A stretch of DNA of 64,000 bases from a virus, in IMG/VR virus record IMGVR_UViG_3300044910_000908, positions 17,068 through 81,067 of that record, one strand, 5' to 3'. Both the position numbers and the translations under genes were made by a program. The first letter of the stretch is position 1. Each line of letters opens with the position of its first letter. The notes beneath the pieces were generated by a model. The model worked only from the letters and a program-made list of their open reading frames with translations. It had not been told where the DNA came from and ran no database searches. Positions 28,436-38,743 of this stretch are shown here, in pieces.

Positions 28436-31147
28436 TTATTTAAGTTCATCTTCTACTATTCCAACAATTACTTCAGCTATACCAGCAAATTTATTTGTGA
28501 TTTCACCTAGTAATTCAGGATCCATTTTTTCTTTCATTTGTTGTCTAAAAGATTTCATACCTGCATTAATACTAATATAAACTGCATTAATTTTTTCATT
28601 ACTAAATTGATTAATCCATAATGCAAATACAATTTCTCTCATAAAGTTTTCTAATAAACTTACTTTAGAAGATGGGTCAGCTACAATTTTATCATCTTTT
28701 AAAATTTTAACATTATAATCATCTTTAAGAATATATTTGTCAGCACTTTCTTGGTCAACAATTTTATGCATAATTAAATCAGTTAAATCTTCTCTAAATT
28801 TACTCAAATCTACATTGTTTATGAAATTAATGAAATCACTATTTTCAGCAGCTGAAGTTGTGGCAGCTGCATCAAAATGTTCTTCAACAATATCCATTAA
28901 ACTTGAAGAGCGAGTATTAACTGCTTTTTTATAGAAAATATTTTCACCAATATCAATATCGGAACTATTCATAATCCAAGCTTTTAAATCATTCATAAAT
29001 TCATCAGATTCTAAACCGCCATGTTTAACAAAAATAAATGATAAATTACGTTTAAAATTTTTAAATATTTTATCTCTAACTCCATCTTCAACTTTTGCTA
29101 ATTCTTTTGCTGATAAATTATCTAATTGTTTTCTTCTTATAGAATTTATTGCTCTTTGTAAAGATTTGCTAAGCCCATAATAGAACATTGTGTATTCACG
29201 TGGAGATATCCAGACATCAGTTCCTAAATCTATATGGAATGGACGTTCTTTTAATGGAATAGTATGTTGTTTAGATTGAAATTTATTAGCAAATTTCTTA
29301 ATAATATCTAATGATATTTCTTGAGTAATATCTTCAGTTTTTGGAACTTTTTTATCTTTTAAATATTCCATTGTTGCATTCCAATCTGCACCTGCATCAA
29401 CAATATCTAATACATCACGCATATGTTTAGTTAATTCTTGAGCACCAACATCATGAGGATTAATCGCAGCTATCATCATTGCTTCTTCTGGCAATTTTAA
29501 TAATTCACCATGTTCTGAACTAGGACCAAAATTCTTTTCTAATAATACTCTACGAATTGCATTAAAAACTTTTGGACTATTTCTATTTAATTCATCAAAG
29601 AAAATTAAGTATTTAACTTTACGTTTTTTATATTCTTCAATTTTTTCCTGATAATCATCTGGATTATCTTGTTTTAATGTATAAAAATAAACTTTATCTT
29701 CTTCATGAATTTTTTCTAGTATTTGTTGATATAAACTAGGAATAGAAAAAGAAGTTTCAATTTTACCTGAACCATCTTTTTTTGGTATTGGCAAACCAAC
29801 AACATCTTCTGCGTTAATAGTAGATACATCTATATCAATAAATCTTAAATTCATTTTTTTTGCTATTGAAGTAGCTTGAGCTGTTTTACCAATACCTGGA
29901 GGACCAGCTATAACTGGAACATAAGTTCGATATTTAGAACCAAGTTTTTCGCGCATTTCAATTTGATGTTTTAAAGTATCTTTCCATTCAGTAATATCAT
30001 TAACAGCACTATGACTAACTTCAATATTAGAAGTTTGTTTAATCAATTCAGCAGTTGCTTTTAATACTTTGTTAACAAGTTCAGAATGACTTCCAGATAA
30101 ATAATTTCTAAAATTTAATTTCACATTTGATAATAAATTTTTAGCATCTTTTTCATCCTTAACAGGTAATGCTTCATTAATATAAAGCAATAATTGTTCC
30201 CATCTACGAGGAGATGTTCTAACTTCACTTTCAATATCTTCATGACTAATATCTTCATCTTCTAAAATATGATGAAATTTATTAATAATTTGAGGTTTTA
30301 ATTTAATATGTTCATCCTTCTCAAATTTATATACTAACCAAGAAAACCATTCACCTTTTTTAGGAGCTTCCATTTCAACATGTTCAAATTGTGTATTTGT
30401 AGGAATTTCATCAACACCTTGATCACCTAAATTAGTAGCATATACAATATATGTATTTTTTGGAATAGTATGAGCACCTATTTTACCATTTAATATTCCA
30501 CGTAACATATTACGAATACGCATAGATGTTTGTCTAAAAAATTCATCTAAAAATAAAATAACATTGTAAGAATTTCTAACTTCTTTAAATTCATCAGGTA
30601 TTGTTGTTTCATTACCACCAAAATATTCAAACAATTCAATAATATCTTTACCAGATCTATAAATTGCTGATAAATATTCACTATCTGGAATTTTACGAGC
30701 ATGCTTAATTAATGAATATAAATTACTATCAGCTAATTCAACTTTATATTCATCACCAGTTAATTGAGTATTTCCACCCTTCTTATTATCTGACAAACCA
30801 TCAAAAACAATAAATGGGATATTAATAATATGTTCTTCAACAATATGTGGAGCTTCAATAACAATTAATTCAATACCTAATAATCTTGAAAATAAAGTGA
30901 TACGCTGAGTTTTTCCAGTTCCAGGCTCCCCACTTAAAAGAATTCCATGATATTGATCAAATGCTTGATTATTATCCATACTATCAAAAATATTTTCAAA
31001 TAATTCTATAGTTTGTTCCATTCCAACAGTTGATGGAACAAATTCTTGTATATCTTCTTGTTTACTCATATCATCATTTTCCTGTGTTTTTTTAGGACGG
31101 GCCATTTCGTTAAGCAATTGTTGTTTTAAATTTGATTTTTTTTCCAT
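28436..31147 (-). CDS. Tandem (two-module) MoxR-like AAA+ ATPase
   Basis: GEPGTGKT/LFLDEFFR and GPPGIGKT/IFFDELNR, each followed by an SPR sensor motif. Confidence 0.85.
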   Translation of the reverse strand: MEKKSNLKQQLLNEMARPKKTQENDDMSKQEDIQEFVPSTVGMEQTIELFENIFDSMDNNQAFDQYHGILLSGEPGTGKTQRITLFSRLLGIELIVIEAPHIVEEHIINIPFIVFDGLSDNKKGGNTQLTGDEYKVELADSNLYSLIKHARKIPDSEYLSAIYRSGKDIIELFEYFGGNETTIPDEFKEVRNSYNVILFLDEFFRQTSMRIRNMLRGILNGKIGAHTIPKNTYIVYATNLGDQGVDEIPTNTQFEHVEMEAPKKGEWFSWLVYKFEKDEHIKLKPQIINKFHHILEDEDISHEDIESEVRTSPRRWEQLLLYINEALPVKDEKDAKNLLSNVKLNFRNYLSGSHSELVNKVLKATAELIKQTSNIEVSHSAVNDITEWKDTLKHQIEMREKLGSKYRTYVPVIAGPPGIGKTAQATSIAKKMNLRFIDIDVSTINAEDVVGLPIPKKDGSGKIETSFSIPSLYQQILEKIHEEDKVYFYTLKQDNPDDYQEKIEEYKKRKVKYLIFFDELNRNSPKVFNAIRRVLLEKNFGPSSEHGELLKLPEEAMMIAAINPHDVGAQELTKHMRDVLDIVDAGADWNATMEYLKDKKVPKTEDITQEISLDIIKKFANKFQSKQHTIPLKERPFHIDLGTDVWISPREYTMFYYGLSKSLQRAINSIRRKQLDNLSAKELAKVEDGVRDKIFKNFKRNLSFIFVKHGGLESDEFMNDLKAWIMNSSDIDIGENIFYKKAVNTRSSSLMDIVEEHFDAAATTSAAENSDFINFINNVDLSKFREDLTDLIMHKIVDQESADKYILKDDYNVKILKDDKIVADPSSKVSLLENFMREIVFALWINQFSNEKINAVYISINAGMKSFRQQMKEKMDPELLGEITNKFAGIAEVIVGIVEDELK

Positions 31148-31178
31148 TATAACACCTAATAAGTCCTTTGTAAAATTT

Positions 31179-31376
31179 TTAATTACCTTTTTTAATTTTA
31201 TGATATAGCTTAGGATTTCTAGAACGAATATCCTTTAAATGTTCTATAAACTCTGGCGTCCAGTCTTCTTTCGAAATGCCGATTGGTCTTTCAATATCAT
31301 CAGAAGAACTATCTTCTTCAAATAATACACTCTCATTTGCTAATTTGTTTTGATTATGAAAAAAATTCAATTTCAT
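31179..31376 (-). CDS. Hypothetical protein
   Basis: 65 aa ORF with AAGGA RBS. Confidence 0.5.
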   Translation of the reverse strand: MKLNFFHNQNKLANESVLFEEDSSSDDIERPIGISKEDWTPEFIEHLKDIRSRNPKLYHKIKKGN

Positions 31377-31485
31377 TGTCTACTTCCTTTAAAAATTATG
31401 TTTATTTTTTATTTATCTTATTCCAAACTTTAAACAAAAAAATAGGGAATTAAATTAATTCCCTATTTCATTTAAAAAATTTTTA

Positions 31486-31728
31486 TTACTCTGTTTTTGC
31501 GATTTCTTCACCAACAACTTCTTCAACAGTTTTAACTTCAACAATTGGTTCCTCTACTTTAACTTCTTCTTTAACAATAACAACTTCTTCTTTTTTCTCA
31601 ACTTTAGGTTGTTTTTCTTTCTTTTCAGATTTAACTTCACCTAATTTTGCTTGTAATTGTTCAGCAACTCCAGCTAAAGTTTCATTATCTTTTACAACTT
31701 TTAATAATTTTTCATAATCTTGTGACAT
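31486..31728 (-). CDS. Glu/Lys/Val-rich hypothetical protein
   Basis: 80 aa ORF with GGAG RBS, followed by a hairpin at 31440-31468. Confidence 0.55.
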   Translation of the reverse strand: MSQDYEKLLKVVKDNETLAGVAEQLQAKLGEVKSEKKEKQPKVEKKEEVVIVKEEVKVEEPIVEVKTVEEVVGEEIAKTE

Positions 31729-31770
31729 TATATAATCTCCATATTAAATTTTTATTAACCAAAAATATAT

Positions 31771-32496
31771 TTATAAAATTACTAAACTAGTTCCACAATT
31801 TGGACAGAATTTAGAGCTTTGTTTATTTTTTCTACCACATGTTGAGCATATAGGATTATCTTTTACAGTGATAGGTTTTTCAATTTTTGTATTATGAATT
31901 GATTGACCTTTTAATTTTAGTATAATACTATCAGTATTTAATTCATATTGTTTAATATTTGTCACAACTGAAAACTCTTGATTAGAAATTCCACCTGGAA
32001 CAGTTATACCATCATTAGAATTACTGGAATAACTAACAGCACGCAAAATTGGATTGCTATGATAGTTGTTGCAAGTAATTGGCGGAATGTAATATGGTTG
32101 TGGTCCATATAATGGTGCTGGAACATGAAGAGGATATGTTATTTTTTCAAATTGGTAATCAATTTTTATTAAACCATCTTCTAATTGATTACCTCTAAAA
32201 TTTTCTATTTCAGAAGTTTTTTCAATAAATTTGAATTTATTTCCTTGATTTAAATTATTATTTTTTATAAATCTTTCTATTTCAATAGTTTCATTGGCAT
32301 TAATTATTAATTCATGATTATCTAATACAGAATTTCCATCAATAAATATTTTTACTTTACAAGAAACAGAATTCAGATTTTTTAATATGATTGAATAAGT
32401 AGAACCAAATGGTAAATAAACTTCTTCACCATTATATTCTCTTAAAATATTTCCATTGCATTTTAAAGACACAACAAATTTTTTATGATATACCAT
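31771..32496 (-). CDS. Hypothetical protein with C-terminal zinc ribbon
   Basis: CSTCG...FCPNCGT. Confidence 0.75.
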   Translation of the reverse strand: MVYHKKFVVSLKCNGNILREYNGEEVYLPFGSTYSIILKNLNSVSCKVKIFIDGNSVLDNHELIINANETIEIERFIKNNNLNQGNKFKFIEKTSEIENFRGNQLEDGLIKIDYQFEKITYPLHVPAPLYGPQPYYIPPITCNNYHSNPILRAVSYSSNSNDGITVPGGISNQEFSVVTNIKQYELNTDSIILKLKGQSIHNTKIEKPITVKDNPICSTCGRKNKQSSKFCPNCGTSLVIL

Positions 32497-32795
32497 GTTA
32501 TTTCTCCTTTTTGAAACGGCATACAGAGTAAATGCCCAAAATGTTTAAAACTCTGTTAAAAAATTAAGACCTTCGATATAATGAAGGTCTTAATTAAAAT
32601 ATATTTATAAAATTAATAATAAAACAATAATAGAAATTACAGCGCTTGTCAATAATGTTCCTACATCAAATGAAGCTGGAGCTTGTTGAATATTAACAAT
32701 ACTTGATTTAGTTTCAACAATTGGCAAATCTTGATATTCTCTAGCAATTAACGCCTTCTTTTCTTTCTTTAATTTATCAAATTCCTTTTTCAACA

Positions 32796-33095
32796 TTATT
32801 TAATCTCCGTTGTTAATTGTTCTTGTTTCATTTTTGTTACTGCTAATTCCACAGCTAAAGCCACAACAGACATACCAACGCTCATTTGGGCTGCACCTAA
32901 TTCTGCTAAAATTGTAGCAATAACAACTTCACGTTTAGCGGAACCAGTAATTAAATTTGGGTCTGCAGCTACTTGAGCAACTAATCTTTTAGCAATAGGA
33001 AGAACAACTTTTAATTCTTCATTTAAAGCTTTGTTAAATAGAACTGCTAAAAATTCACCCAAATCTCCAAAAAATTTTAATAACCATGCTTTCAT
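32796..33095 (-). CDS. Possible holin-like (LL-H type) protein
   Basis: GSAKR...VELAVTKMK pattern resembles the C-domain of LL-H family holins. Confidence 0.4.
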   Translation of the reverse strand: MKAWLLKFFGDLGEFLAVLFNKALNEELKVVLPIAKRLVAQVAADPNLITGSAKREVVIATILAELGAAQMSVGMSVVALAVELAVTKMKQEQLTTEIK

Positions 33096-33189
33096 GAGTA
33101 TTCTCCTAATGTATTATAAAATAGTATTTATTAAACAAAAAAGGACAATCTTTTTCAAGACTGTCCTTTTTGAGGTTTATAAGGAGATT

Positions 33190-35049
33190 TTATTTTTTAA
33201 AACCTTTTAGAGAAGTTGCATTTTCAGCATTATTGTGATTTGCTGATTTACCAGGTGCTGCTTGGTCGCCGTTACCATGGCCGTTATTATCATGTTTTGA
33301 GTCATGGTCATTATCATGATGATTTTTATATTCATGATGATTTTCTTTATGACCACCAGTACTTACTGAAGGTTGATTAACATAAACTATTTTTTCGATT
33401 ACTCTATCTACTGGAACTTCGATATATGTTTCAACAATTCTATCTACTGGAACTTCAACCAAAACTTCTTTAATAACCACTTTCATTTGAGCTTCAATTA
33501 ATGCTGCTTGTGTATCACTCAATGTTGTTTGACTAGATACCAAATCAGTTGAACACATTTTCAAATTAGTTGAAAGATTGCCATTATTAAATTCACTATT
33601 TACCAAATCACTTGATACTTTAGCTAATGAAGTTTCTGTTGTTGTTAATTGATTTTGCAATGCAGCTAATTGTGCTTTCAATGCTGCATTTTCTGCATTC
33701 AAATCAGTTTCAACTTGTCTTAAACTTGCAAGTTGAGTATCTTCTGCACCAACTTCACAACTATAAGGATCAGCAGCTGTATCAATACATTGTTTGATTT
33801 TCAGAACTACTGGGTCTACCCAACTTAGCAAGCTAATATCATTAGAAAGTTGATATTCTACTGAAGCAATTGTTCCATTATTTACTAGTGAAGCATTAGG
33901 GAAAGCATGTTTTTCAACAAAGCTATCATCACCTAATTGACCAGAAGAAGCAGCTCCAATACTATGATAACCACGACTACTTACAACAGTGAATGTTTCA
34001 TTACTAGCACCTACATATTGAACATTAGTTCCAGCTTCTTGGACTGGTGTAGCATAATCAGTTCTAAGATAACCACCTGAACCGATATAATTATGCCATC
34101 CCCAAGCACTTACAGAACCATTATTGTTGATTGCGAATGCTCCATTATTTGAACCAACTACAAAATCAACTCCAAATGCTCCTTGAACTTTAACTAATGA
34201 AGGATTACCAGCTTTACCAACATCAACATTAATCCAACCTGATTGATAAACATCTCCATTAGTTGTAACAATGTAACCCATACTTGCACCAACTGCAACA
34301 GCTTTAGCAACAACATTTGGTACTTTTACTGGTGTAACAACATCATCAAAGTTTCCTAAACCTAATTGACCTTTATCATTATGACCCCAAACATAAACAG
34401 AACCATCTGAACTTAAAGCTCTGAAATGTTCAAGATTAACTAGTGGATTAGTTGTTTGACCTTTGCCTGCAAATCTATAACCAGCCGCGATTGATGTGAT
34501 ATTTTCTGGAAGATTTGCAACAACTGTTGGAGTATGAGATGTGTTAAAATCCCATTCATAAACAACTCCTGAACCTTTAACATCACCTTCTTTCAGCATT
34601 AACATTTTAGTGCCACCAACTGCAACATCAATAACACCAGAGATGTTAACAGCTTGTGGAACAGTTGAAACATAGCTATCAGTTGGAGTGCCTTGAACTA
34701 GATTAGATACTGCACCCCAGAAGTAGACTGAACCATCTTCTTTTAATGCAACTGAGCGATTACCTGCAGCTGCAACATATTTTACACCAACCAGACCAGT
34801 ATGAACTGGAACTTTATATTTCACGTCTCTGTTCATTAAGAATGAACCACCTGAGTAGATAGGTTCTCTTGAAGCCATCGCACCTACTTGATTTAGTCTA
34901 TTATTACCTGCGGCATAGACATCGCCACTATCATTTACAAATACGTTATGATTAAATCCACCTGCAACTTTTGTTTGAATTGCTTGTGCATTCATTGAGA
35001 AGGTAGCAACGATTGCAGCTACCAATACTTTATTATATGTTGTTTTCAT
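33190..35049 (-). CDS. Secreted RCC1/BLIP-II repeat beta-propeller protein with coiled coil and His/Asn-rich tail
   Basis: Signal peptide; repeats such as DGSVYVWGHNDKGQLGLG; heptad region; EVPVDR twice; HDNNGHGNG tail. Confidence 0.85.
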   Translation of the reverse strand: MKTTYNKVLVAAIVATFSMNAQAIQTKVAGGFNHNVFVNDSGDVYAAGNNRLNQVGAMASREPIYSGGSFLMNRDVKYKVPVHTGLVGVKYVAAAGNRSVALKEDGSVYFWGAVSNLVQGTPTDSYVSTVPQAVNISGVIDVAVGGTKMLMLKEGDVKGSGVVYEWDFNTSHTPTVVANLPENITSIAAGYRFAGKGQTTNPLVNLEHFRALSSDGSVYVWGHNDKGQLGLGNFDDVVTPVKVPNVVAKAVAVGASMGYIVTTNGDVYQSGWINVDVGKAGNPSLVKVQGAFGVDFVVGSNNGAFAINNNGSVSAWGWHNYIGSGGYLRTDYATPVQEAGTNVQYVGASNETFTVVSSRGYHSIGAASSGQLGDDSFVEKHAFPNASLVNNGTIASVEYQLSNDISLLSWVDPVVLKIKQCIDTAADPYSCEVGAEDTQLASLRQVETDLNAENAALKAQLAALQNQLTTTETSLAKVSSDLVNSEFNNGNLSTNLKMCSTDLVSSQTTLSDTQAALIEAQMKVVIKEVLVEVPVDRIVETYIEVPVDRVIEKIVYVNQPSVSTGGHKENHHEYKNHHDNDHDSKHDNNGHGNGDQAAPGKSANHNNAENATSLKGFKK

Positions 35050-35539
35050 GGTATTTCTCCTCGGTTAATCTCATCGGATTTATATTCGTTCTTTCTGAAT
35101 ATGGTTATACTATATACCTTTTGGACAAAATGTAAACAGAAATTTATGTTAACTACATTACACTTTAATACATTCAAAACTAGCTGAAATATCCGAATTA
35201 CTTTTCTTAATTAATTCAACAATTTGAGTTCCACCAACTTGACATAATTCATTTGAATGAAATTCTTGCTGCATTAAATCAACATTGGTATTAAATTTTC
35301 CAGCTAATACATAAAAGACAATTAATACATACATTTTTTATTACTCCTCAGCATAACACTTATAACCAAACCATTTACATGTAAATGATATGGGATCTTT
35401 TTCTTGGATAACTGATTGATTATCAGATGATGGTTCTTTTTCTGATAATAAGAAATGACTAATTAATGGAGGACCTAACACAAATCCTAATAAAAAAATA
35501 ATCATATATTTCATAAAACTATCCATATTTAATTCTCCT

Positions 35540-35752
35540 TTATATGTTAGAGCATTTAACGCCAACTCCTTGGTCACTAATAATTTGTTGATCTATTCCA
35601 TTTGGTTCATAAGAAAATAAATAACCACCTTTGCAAACAGTATTATTTGCTTGACCAGGAACTGTTATTCCAAACATTGGTAATGCAATTGAAGTTAAAA
35701 TTCCTACAATAGCAATAACAATCATCAATTCTATTAATGTAAAACCTTTCAT
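35540..35752 (-). CDS. Short type IV prepilin-like protein
   Basis: MKG/FTLIELMIVIAIVGIL class III signal with Glu5; only 70 aa. Confidence 0.85.
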   Translation of the reverse strand: MKGFTLIELMIVIAIVGILTSIALPMFGITVPGQANNTVCKGGYLFSYEPNGIDQQIISDQGVGVKCSNI

Positions 35753-36248
35753 TATTTAACTTCCTCTAATTGTAATCTATCAAAAAATAAAATCCATATT
35801 CTAATAAAACCTATTAGATAAGGAACAACAATAAAACATCCAACTGAAAATATACTGTTAACAAAAATTAAATATATCATCCATAAAACTGTTAACAAAA
35901 ATGTCATTGTTAAACTATCATGTAATAAAGTTTTCATGACTATTCCCCAAATCTGTTTTTCTTCTGAATATGGTAATATCATAATACTTTATTTCTGAAA
36001 AGTAAATAATTAAAAAAGTATCTACTTATCAGATTTTTTATATTGTTTACACTCTTCTTTAGGTTTATCTTCAAACATATAACACCAATTACGTGTTGAA
36101 TAATTTAATTTATAATATTCACAATTAGAACATTGTTCTGGAACTTCTTCAAATAACGAAAAAGATAATTCTTCAAAAACTTTATTGCTCATATCATCAT
36201 CTCCAAATACTATAAATTTATTATATCATAAAAAGATAAAAAAGTAAA

Positions 36249-37058
36249 TTAAATTTTTTCAATTTTTTCAATAGATTGTGGTCTTATATTGGTTAGTGTA
36301 TATATTCCATTATCATAATTAGGGTCTCTAAAGAACCTCTGAACTTGTGGTAAATCTTTTACTGAAATTGTAATTAAGAACCACTCAACTTCTTTCCCTG
36401 TCCTAATGTCAATATCTTGTTTATTTTTATTTGCTGCATATTTTAATTGTTTAATTAAAATATTTCTAACAACTTCTTCTGAAATAGCTAAATATATACG
36501 TTCAGGATGATTTGCTAATTTAGAATGTGTTTTAGGAACTAATCCAATTGTTCTAATTTTTTCAATATATTTGGAATTAGTAATATGATATAAAAATTCA
36601 GGAGCAAATTTCATATCTAATTCTATATCATATTTTGCTTCAAGATTGATCTCAATGTACTTAACTTTATCAAATTCTTTCAATGAATTCAATATTTTTT
36701 CAACAGAAATTGTTTTTCCTAATTGAAAAATTTCTCTTTTATTTTTATCATAAGCTTCATATAAAGAAATAAACCAACCATAATAGTTAGCTAATTTAAA
36801 AATTCCAGAAATTAAATCTTCATCTATCTTATTACTTTCGCATATAATACAAATTGTATTAGCTTCTCCAAATTTAGAATATTGCTTTTTGAATTTAAGA
36901 AAATCCCATTTTCGTAATAATCCAGAAATTGTAGAACTAATTGGATATGTTCTTATTAAACTTTCATTTAATAAAAGCTCCTCCTTATAAAATTCTTTAA
37001 ATTTTTTAAAGTGTTTAATACCTTCATCTTCATTAATAGTTATAGTTGGCCATTCCAT
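36249..37058 (-). CDS. ADP-ribosyltransferase-fold protein (Tpt1/KptA-like C-domain)
   Basis: LYHIT, IRTIGLVPK, RIYLA, IRPQSI. Confidence 0.6.
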   Translation of the reverse strand: MEWPTITINEDEGIKHFKKFKEFYKEELLLNESLIRTYPISSTISGLLRKWDFLKFKKQYSKFGEANTICIICESNKIDEDLISGIFKLANYYGWFISLYEAYDKNKREIFQLGKTISVEKILNSLKEFDKVKYIEINLEAKYDIELDMKFAPEFLYHITNSKYIEKIRTIGLVPKTHSKLANHPERIYLAISEEVVRNILIKQLKYAANKNKQDIDIRTGKEVEWFLITISVKDLPQVQRFFRDPNYDNGIYTLTNIRPQSIEKIEKI

Positions 37059-37081
37059 AATATGTTTAATCTCTATTTGCG

Positions 37082-37585
37082 TTAAGTTAATATATGAGCT
37101 GATCCTGCGTTAAAATAAAGATATTCTATTTCAATATTATTAAGATGTCTAGACATTTCTCCAGTAAATCTTTTAATTAATAATACATCATATGGACCAA
37201 AATCAGATAATTCCCAAGAACGAAAATTAGCAATAGCATTCAATTTATTATTTCTAATTAAAAATTGTAATGATGATAAACATGAAGGAGAGTAAGCATT
37301 TCCTAAAAATTGAATAATCGCTCTTCTAGAAAAATTATCTTTTAATAATTCTACTGTGCATTTTGGTAATCCTTTAGACCACCAAAAACTATAATTATTA
37401 TATCTTTCAGTATCTTTGTATTCTAAAACTTGATTTATTTCTTGATAATGTTTATCTTCCCAATCAAAATAATAATTAATACTTTCATATCTAAAAGCAA
37501 TAGAAAAATTAATTATTTCTGAATAATTAGGATTTAATATTGAAGGTTCTAATGAATTAAATTGCTCAATTAAAATATTTGTCAT
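37082..37585 (-). CDS. Minimal thymidylate synthase / dNMP-modifying enzyme-like protein
   Basis: SRRAII, PSC, LQFLIR, FRSWE, GPYD, GSAHI. Confidence 0.75.
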   Translation of the reverse strand: MTNILIEQFNSLEPSILNPNYSEIINFSIAFRYESINYYFDWEDKHYQEINQVLEYKDTERYNNYSFWWSKGLPKCTVELLKDNFSRRAIIQFLGNAYSPSCLSSLQFLIRNNKLNAIANFRSWELSDFGPYDVLLIKRFTGEMSRHLNNIEIEYLYFNAGSAHILT

Positions 37586-37735
37586 TATTATAAAATTTTA
37601 TCAAAAAAATATTTATTCTTCCCTTTATGTAAGTAGATGATTTCCTCAATCACTCTAATCTCAAGGCCTTGATAGCATGAGGTGTTTTTCCAAAACAGGT
37701 TTTTAGAACTTAAAAAAGAGAAGAATAAATCAAAA

Positions 37736-38245
37736 CTAAAGTAAATTATAAGTCATATTAAATTCAGATCTTGCGATTCGATATACTTCATCATCAGTTA
37801 CTATGAGAGCATCACCTTCTTTTACTGTCATCGGTTCATTCCATACCGCCATAAACATAATGCTAATAGGTTTATTATTTACTCCAACTTTAGTAAGTAT
37901 AATTTCACCAACACTTGCAGCTTTTGCTAAAACTGTTAAATGCTTTTGACACAAAACTGTTTGCTGATTTTTTGCAAATTCAAAAAATTCCTGCTGTGAA
38001 TAAATTCCTCGTGGTTCCAATTGAGATTTAAGTTCTTCAGTCCAAAAGAAAACATTTCTAGCTTCAGGTTTAACTTTATAAACTGTCCATTCACCTAAAT
38101 TTTCAACAGGAATTTCATCGTATAATTTAGGAAATTTATTTGCTTTTACCAAATATTGTTCAGCTGGTGTATTATTATCATTACGAGCAACAACCATATC
38201 ACCTTCTTCTGCAGGACTTGATTTTGTTTCAATTTCTGTATTCAT
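37736..38245 (-). CDS. Hypothetical protein (PGDYG-like)
   Basis: EEGDMVV and KEGDALI..VYRIARSEFNMTY motifs. Confidence 0.45.
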   Translation of the reverse strand: MNTEIETKSSPAEEGDMVVARNDNNTPAEQYLVKANKFPKLYDEIPVENLGEWTVYKVKPEARNVFFWTEELKSQLEPRGIYSQQEFFEFAKNQQTVLCQKHLTVLAKAASVGEIILTKVGVNNKPISIMFMAVWNEPMTVKEGDALIVTDDEVYRIARSEFNMTYNLL

Positions 38246-38260
38246 GTTTTATCCTAAAAA

Positions 38261-38743
38261 TTATTTAGCTAGTGAAAATTGTTTCAATGCAATTAAAAAT
38301 TGTTTTTCTTCATTTGACAATTCCGTATCTTCTATAATTCCAATAATTTCATCATGTCCATATAACCTTTCAGGAACAATGACTCCAATACTTGTTAATG
38401 CATTACCAATTCCAGGTTCGTTAAATGTATCAAATGGCAAACCTGATTTTTTCACAAGTTCGAGAAAACTTACTAAATGTTCTGTCATACCACCATTCAA
38501 AACAATCATAGTTTTGAAATTATCAGCCCAATCATGTAATGCATATTGAAGTGCATCTTGTTTTTGATATTTTCTAAACAATTCATGAACAACATGAGCT
38601 GCTTGAATACCGTTTTGAATGCTTGATAGATACATGTTATTGATAAAATATGCTCTCATTGTTTTTATTCTCCAAAAATATTTAAATCGTTTGCTATTTC
38701 TAATAATATATCTCCATGACACCTTTGAGGTGCGCAAAAACAT
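38261..38743 (-). CDS. Phage Pth2-like protein
   Basis: YLSSIQNGIQAAH, KTMIVLNGG, FNEP, LTSIG; true start probably MRAYF. Confidence 0.55.
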   Translation of the reverse strand: MFLRTSKVSWRYIIRNSKRFKYFWRIKTMRAYFINNMYLSSIQNGIQAAHVVHELFRKYQKQDALQYALHDWADNFKTMIVLNGGMTEHLVSFLELVKKSGLPFDTFNEPGIGNALTSIGVIVPERLYGHDEIIGIIEDTELSNEEKQFLIALKQFSLAK

